Of a DNA stretch of 64,000 nt, positions 58,456 to 64,000 are shown one piece after another. The stretch covers positions 1,054,715 through 1,118,714 of the forward strand of contig AP025250.1 in assembly GCA_020886235.1 (NCBI GenBank), given 5' to 3'. The translations under genes were made by a program, and so were the position numbers. Positions within the stretch are counted from its first letter, which is position 1. Every line of letters begins with the position of its first letter. The notes under the pieces are model-generated. The model saw only the letters and a program-made list of their open reading frames with translations, was not told the DNA's origin and ran no database searches. The stretch is from Candidatus Dependentiae bacterium Noda2021. GTDB taxonomy: Bacteria; Babelota; Babeliae; Babelales; Vermiphilaceae.

Positions 58456-59562
58456 ATGAAACAACCATTTTGGCTTTTAAACAGCGCGCTTCTTTTCCTT
58501 TTTATTTCCGTAATGGGTTTTATTCTTTTTTCTTCAGTTTCTGTGCCTGAGCGCGAAGATATTACTACTATAGAGTACGTAAAACCAATTACCACAACTT
58601 CTTCGCAAGTTAATATCAGCAAAATTTATGAAAATGATTTATTTAATACGGTTGTACCGGAAGTTCCTTCAGAACAAGCTCCCTCTTTTAATGTAGTCGC
58701 ACCTGAGCCACCTGCACCTCAACCTATTTACAAACCTGAAGAGCAAAAGCCACAATTTCAAGACCCGCTCCCCATTACCTTGCGCGGCATTATTGTAATT
58801 GTGCAAGATGATACACGTAATCGTGCAATCATCGCCGAAAATGCCACTGGTCAAGAGTCAAGTTATCAAATTGGAGACCGCATAGAGGATGCGCAGCTCA
58901 TTCGGATTATGAGTAATAAAATTATTTTCCTCCGATCTAATGGACAGCAAGAAGTATTGTACTTAAAAGAGCGCGATGCACAGTCGGACCCTGCCTTTAC
59001 CTTCTTGGATGATTGGAGCAAGGTTATACGCTCGGTTTCTTACAACCATTACATTGTAAACATTGCTGAGTTTGCTTCTCGCGTACACAGCCTTGCCCAG
59101 CTGCTTGATATGCTTGATCTAACGGGGGTGTATAGCCAAGGATCAAGTATGGGATGCCGCATAGGAGCAGTAAATCCGGGCTCTCTTGGTTACGCGCTTG
59201 GATTAGAGCGTGGCGATATTGTAACTTCGATTAATGGGGTACCAGCAACGACCACTGCAAACCGATTTGCCATTTATCAGGATTTAACAGCTCTCAAGAC
59301 AAACAGAACAATTCCCGTTACCATAATACGTGGTGGCTCTGAGTTAACTATAAATTATGAATTGCGAGAAACCTTAGAAAGACAATCAACACGAAACAAT
59401 ACACGAAGAACCGCAGACCAAATAACTCAAGAGCAATTAAAACGATTAGAACAACGAGAAACATTTGCACCAACTATTGAAGAATTAAGGGCCAGAGAAA
59501 GAAAAAATATGTTGGAAAAAGGAAGACGGCCAATACAAAACATGTTATCTAATGTAGAGTAA
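58456..59562 (+). CDS. GspC-like secretion-system protein (N-terminal TM, Pro-rich linker, C-terminal PDZ)
   Basis: TM LLNSALLFLFISVMGFILF. Pro-rich stretch. PDZ-like GCRIGAVNPGSLGYALGLERGDIVTSINGV. Immediately upstream of the secretin. Confidence 0.45.
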   Translation: MKQPFWLLNSALLFLFISVMGFILFSSVSVPEREDITTIEYVKPITTTSSQVNISKIYENDLFNTVVPEVPSEQAPSFNVVAPEPPAPQPIYKPEEQKPQFQDPLPITLRGIIVIVQDDTRNRAIIAENATGQESSYQIGDRIEDAQLIRIMSNKIIFLRSNGQQEVLYLKERDAQSDPAFTFLDDWSKVIRSVSYNHYIVNIAEFASRVHSLAQLLDMLDLTGVYSQGSSMGCRIGAVNPGSLGYALGLERGDIVTSINGVPATTTANRFAIYQDLTALKTNRTIPVTIIRGGSELTINYELRETLERQSTRNNTRRTADQITQEQLKRLEQRETFAPTIEELRARERKNMLEKGRRPIQNMLSNVE

Positions 59563-59567
59563 AAAAT

Positions 59568-62140
59568 ATGAATTTATATCGTATTCCTTTCGCGTGGTTT
59601 TTATTAATTTTGCTATCAATCACACCTTCATGTGGTAAAAAAAAGCCATGCGCTCCTACGCCTGAATGCTTTAAAAAACTTGAATCAAAACCACAACCGG
59701 TAGAAAAAGTATTAGAAAACGAACCGGTAAAACCAGTAATACCTGCAGAAAATCCTGTTTTTGCAGAGCCTGCACCCATGCCGGTAGAAGATGCAGAACC
59801 CGTAAGACCTCTTAATGATCAAGCGCTCAGAGAAAGTCCCACAGAGGCAACCGATCGCCTGATGCAAACTAAAGAGTTGCCACTTGAAGAACCACACATT
59901 GAGCTGCCGCGTCCTGAAGATTTAATTGAATTCTATTTTGAAAATGCTGACCTTGAACAGCTGGTAAAACAAATAGAAGATATTTACGACATCACCTTTA
60001 TCACCGATGACACCGTAACCCCTCCGGCTCAAGGTGCCGTTGTGCGACCAATTAAAGGTAATAAAATATCTTTTAAAACAGAAAAACCATTAACAAAAAA
60101 AGCTGCGTGGAATTTATTTAATACATTTCTCTCGATTGCAGGGCTAGCTGTTGTACCAGAACCTACTCCCCGTGTAATGCGAATTACGACGACTGAAAAT
60201 GCGCGAAGATCTCCTTTGCCTGCTTTTATTGGTGTACCTTTTGAGACATTGCCCGACAGCGATGAAATGGTACGATTTGTTTATTTTTACGACAACATAT
60301 CAACTGACACGCTGCGCTCATTAATAGGCGATGATAATAAGCCGGGATTACGTAGCCCTACATCCGCCGTCGTCGTATTGCAAGAATTAAAAGCTCTGGT
60401 AATAACCGACAGAGCTTACAACATTAAAAGTTTAATGACCATCATAAAAGAGCTTGATAAAGCAAATGCACCACAGGCAATGTCCGTTTTAAAATTAACG
60501 CGTGCTGATGCAATGGATGTCGCAAAACTGTATAAACAATTAAACCCTGAAGAAGATCGTCAGAGCGTTACCGCCCGTCTATTTCCTGGACGAAGAACAC
60601 CAACAGGACAGTATTTCCCTGAAAATACTAAGATTTTTGCAGAGCCGCGTACCAACTCATTAATTATCTTAGGAGCTGCGGAAGGCATTAAAAAAGTTGA
60701 AGACTTTATCAGCCGCTTTATCGACGTTGAGCTTACTCAACCGTATTCGCCGATTCACGTTATCAAAATGCGTTACGCTGATGCACGAACTATTGCAAAC
60801 ATCATGAATAGCGTGACAACTCTTGGGCAAAATAGCCCCAAGGTGTCTACGGCTCAGTTCGTGATGGCGATAAGTTTTTTAAACCCATGACCTTTGTGCC
60901 CGAGGCAGAGGGCAACCAACTGATTGTTCGTGCTGACTATGAAGACTTTTTAAAAGTTAAAGATATTGTGGCAATGCTTGATGCGCCTCAACGACAAGTT
61001 GCTGTTGAAGTATTAATATTACTTGTTGATCTTGTTAACACGAAAGAGCTTGGCGCACAGATTAGAACGCGAGTACCCGGCGTTGAAGGCCTGACTGGTT
61101 ACGATGTTAATTTTCAGACATCTGGATTGCGTGCCGGCGGTGCTGCACAAGGGATTGTTCAAAATACCTTTGGGCCTGGGGCTAATCGCTTACTCGGCAA
61201 TCTTCTTTCGCTGGTAAATTTTGCACCAGCTGGTAACACCGTTATCTCATTGGGTGATAATTTAAACGTATGGGCTATATTACAACTGTTACAAACAGTT
61301 AGTAACACTCAAGTAGTCTCTAACCCTTTTGTAATTGCAACTAATAAAACTAAGGCTACCGTAACGCTGGGAGAAATTCGTCGCTTAATCACCAGTCAAA
61401 TTATTAGTAACGCAACAGCAAACACATTTGGTGATGAGTCAGCTAAACTAGAAATCAACGTCACACCACAAATAAACTCCGATGGTATGATCGTACTTGA
61501 TCTTGGCATTGAATTATCAAACTTCATCACCGCTGCTGATCCAGTTAACGCAGCCCGTATTACCAGAAAAATCAACACCACCACAATTTCTGCAAACCGA
61601 GAGGTAATAGCACTGGGTGGATTGATACAAAATACAACGACCAATAATATTAGTAAGGTTCCTATATTAGGGGACATTCCAGGTCTTGGATGGCTCTTTA
61701 AAAATAGACGCCAGGCAGAGCGTAAACAAGATTTACTCATTTTAATTTCTACCACTATTATTGAACCGTTTGATCGTGGAACCGTTTCGCAATTTACTCA
61801 AAAGCATATCACTGAGTATGAGTTGACCATGGATGACATGCGTGATGTTTCACAAAAACGTGATCCAGTACAACAACTGTTCTTCCAACCAAGTCGCCCA
61901 TCAACCGAGCGTGCTGCGGATGACTTCATATTCCAGCGTAAAAACAATAGTTGTCCTATGCCATCAGAACCACCAATACCTACGGTAGGACCCAGAGAAG
62001 CATTAGATTTGGCTCACACAACGATACAACAACCTGAACTTGGTGTTCAGCCACGTTCACGATCACTCGCACACAGTACATCCAAAAAATCACTGGCTGA
62101 CTTATTTGCACAAGAACAGCAAGAAGGAGTACAGTCATGA
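59568..62140 (+). pseudogene. Secretin (GspD/PilQ family) split by a frameshift into ORFs 59568..60890 and 60887..62140
   Basis: ORF 1 has the signal/lipoprotein-like N-terminus and N0-N3 domains. ORF 2 begins mid-N3 (NQLIVRADYEDFLKVKDIVAMLD) and carries the secretin C-domain (VVSNPFVIATNKTKATV...VPILGDIPGLGWLFKNRR). The two frames meet at a T6 homopolymer (60875-60880) with an ATGA overlap. Confidence 0.7.
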
Positions 62141-63756
62141 TACGAGAGCTGTTTATTCCACAAGAAGTAAAAAATTACTACATTGTGCCCACGCGCATTA
62201 TTGGGTTTGATATTGGCAAGACTCAGGTAACGGCAACACAAGTGCTTGCTAAAGGGCGCAAGCTATTTGTTGAAAAATGGTATCAAGAACAACTTGATAC
62301 TGATGTTGCAGCAGATTATGATGCACGAGTAACTGCCGCAATTAAAAAAATTATTGATTCTGTTGATTCAAAATACCAAGCAATCCATAGCTCAATTAGC
62401 AATGCACAAGCAATTTTTAAAGAACTTAAATTTCCTTTTACTGAGCCAGAAATGATCAGTCGTGTGGTGCATCATGAGATTGAGCCGCTATTACCTTTTC
62501 CCATAGAAGATGCAGTTATTGATTTTGTGATCACTAAAATAAATAAAGAAGAAAAGAGTGCAGAAGTCTTGATTGCTGCGGTGCAAAAACAACACATCGC
62601 TCATCATCTGGCACTTTTTGAAGCTGCAGGTGTCGATCCTGATCGCGTAACCATTGATTTATTTGCATTGTATGGTTTGTATCATGAATTGTATAACACC
62701 AGTCATGGTGACACAATCATCGCAGAAATAGGTATCCAATCAACGCGCATGGCTTACATTCAACACGGCCAATTACGATCAATGCGTACACTGCCCAAAG
62801 GAATTTTTGATGTTGCGCGTATTGCAAGTGAAGAACTTGATATATCATTTTCAGACGCACTTAACCACATCATGCGGTATGGTCTTGAAAAGCATGCAAC
62901 TAACGATAATTATACCCAAGCTATAACTAAAGGATTTGCATCACTTGCTCAAGATATGCAATTTACCATACATTCATTTACATCACATAATCCCGCTGAA
63001 TTAGATTCGGTCTTGTTCTTTGGACAAACAGTAAACATAAAAGGAATGTTGGATTATTTCTCGCAACAATTTCAATTACCAGCTACGGTATTTGATTTTG
63101 CCACTATTAAAAAAACACATTTAGTATTGCCGAAAAAAAACAACTTTCCTCAAGAAAATATTGCAAGTTTAGCAGTTGCATTGCCTAGTACAATTACTGG
63201 CTCATTTAATTTACGCAAAAAAGAATTTGCAACGGAATCTCCGTGGTTAATTTCACGACAGCTTCTTACCAGCGCACTATTAGCCCTTGGCATCATTGGG
63301 TCTTTGCTGGCCTACAATTTCTTAACGGTAAGAACGCTACGCAACGAAGCGTATAGTTCTCAAGAAGAAGTAATTGAAACATTGCGCGAGCGGTTCCCAA
63401 AAATACCAGATGATATCAATGACCTGGACGATATTATCGCAGAAGCTCAACGAGCGGTTAATGACGAGGAAAAGCGCTTTGCGGTACTCACTACGGCTCG
63501 CACATCATATTTAAAGTACTTGCTTGAATTAACTGATAAAATTGACAAACAAGCGCTCGATTTGGATCTTGAAAAAATTACCATCTCATCAGATCGCATC
63601 TTAACTCTCCAAGGAAAAGTTAAAGATTACGAAGCATTGAAAAATCTCGAGCGAGATCTAAAAAAATCAAAGCTCTTTAAATTAATCGAAGAAGGCAAAG
63701 AGCCACAATTTACCATTGTTATCCGTTTACTAGGTAACGGTCAGGAGAAATCATGA
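62137..63756 (+). CDS. PilM-PilN-like (GspL-like) fusion: cytoplasmic actin-like ATPase-fold domain + TM + periplasmic coiled-coil domain
   Basis: N-terminus IIGFDIGKTQVTATQV is PilM/FtsA-like. TM SALLALGIIGSLLAYNFL is around residue 375. C-terminal coiled-coil region follows. Confidence 0.5.
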   Translation: MIRELFIPQEVKNYYIVPTRIIGFDIGKTQVTATQVLAKGRKLFVEKWYQEQLDTDVAADYDARVTAAIKKIIDSVDSKYQAIHSSISNAQAIFKELKFPFTEPEMISRVVHHEIEPLLPFPIEDAVIDFVITKINKEEKSAEVLIAAVQKQHIAHHLALFEAAGVDPDRVTIDLFALYGLYHELYNTSHGDTIIAEIGIQSTRMAYIQHGQLRSMRTLPKGIFDVARIASEELDISFSDALNHIMRYGLEKHATNDNYTQAITKGFASLAQDMQFTIHSFTSHNPAELDSVLFFGQTVNIKGMLDYFSQQFQLPATVFDFATIKKTHLVLPKKNNFPQENIASLAVALPSTITGSFNLRKKEFATESPWLISRQLLTSALLALGIIGSLLAYNFLTVRTLRNEAYSSQEEVIETLRERFPKIPDDINDLDDIIAEAQRAVNDEEKRFAVLTTARTSYLKYLLELTDKIDKQALDLDLEKITISSDRILTLQGKVKDYEALKNLERDLKKSKLFKLIEEGKEPQFTIVIRLLGNGQEKS

Positions 63757-64000
63757 CCTTGTTAAAAAAAATTCAAGACTTTATTCAAAATCTTAATGAG
63801 AAATCGTTTATTAAATATGTAATTCTCTTTTGGTGTTTCATATTTTTGATCGTGCTGTTACTAGTGGTAAATTATTTTTTGAGTGTTTCCTCAGCACAGC
63901 AACAAATTAACGCTATTAATGACTCACGTGAACAAACCGTAGAAATTTTACAAAAAGCACAACGCGTTGAACAACAGCGAAAAGCGGTTGATGCAATCTT
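63753..64000 (+). CDS. GspM/PilO-like bitopic protein, 3' end beyond the window
   Basis: ATG at 63753 overlaps the previous stop. TM ILFWCFIFLIVLLLVV followed by a coiled coil. Confidence 0.35.
   Translation, partial: MTLLKKIQDFIQNLNEKSFIKYVILFWCFIFLIVLLLVVNYFLSVSSAQQQINAINDSREQTVEILQKAQRVEQQRKAVDAI

Noticed and set aside
61396-61755. 119-aa minus-strand ORF inside the secretin domain
   Set aside because: It is antisense to the conserved secretin C-domain.

Overview
The window is low-GC (roughly high-30s % by eye), gene-dense bacterial chromosome from a Gram-negative, probably host-associated organism. Three things support that. Outer-membrane biogenesis and lipid-asymmetry genes are present: a BamD-like TPR protein, a TamB/AsmA-like giant protein, MlaE/MlaF, a Cys-rich beta-barrel OMP and a secretin. 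There are several ankyrin-repeat proteins. An unusually large fraction of the hypothetical proteins carry N-terminal signal peptides. I cannot assign the taxon from sequence alone; Dependentiae/TM6-like, Chlamydiae-like or Legionellales-like are all compatible.

Confident housekeeping calls:
- hisS, cdsA, a YraN-family nuclease, rluD, mgtE, mutL, tpiA-secG, mlaEF, dcd, a MoxR ATPase.
- tRNA-Lys(UUU) and tRNA-Glu(UUC).
- A three-gene ABC transporter with a PF04392-type substrate-binding protein.

Pilus or type II secretion parts are dispersed. A GspE/PilB ATPase sits at 7.6 kb and a prepilin at 13.2 kb. At 57-64 kb there is a cluster MoxR - GspC-like (PDZ) - secretin - PilM/N (GspL-like) fusion - GspM/PilO-like.

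Most notable observations:
1. A microbial (type-1) rhodopsin homologue (34180..34950, minus). All three retinal-pocket helices are recognisable, but the counterion positions are atypical: W at the Arg82 position, P at the Asp212 position, A at the Asp96 position. No carotenoid or retinal genes are evident nearby.
2. A secreted protein (11966..13078) with four near-identical 41-aa Cys-rich tandem repeats (123-nt DNA period) fused to a VanX-like M15 D-Ala-D-Ala dipeptidase domain. It carries substitutions at zinc-ligand positions.
3. Two adjacent secreted paralogues (9371..11824) that share an unrecognised ~110-aa C-terminal domain.
4. Two broken conserved genes. rarA is interrupted by a single in-frame TAG at a conserved Trp position. 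The secretin is split by a frameshift at a T6 homopolymer.
5. A glycan-modification-like cluster (37.2-42.6 kb) whose enzymes all carry N-terminal signal/anchor sequences, plus a signal-peptide-bearing LOG-family protein.

Coordinates of non-ORF features such as terminators and the promoter may be off by a base or two.
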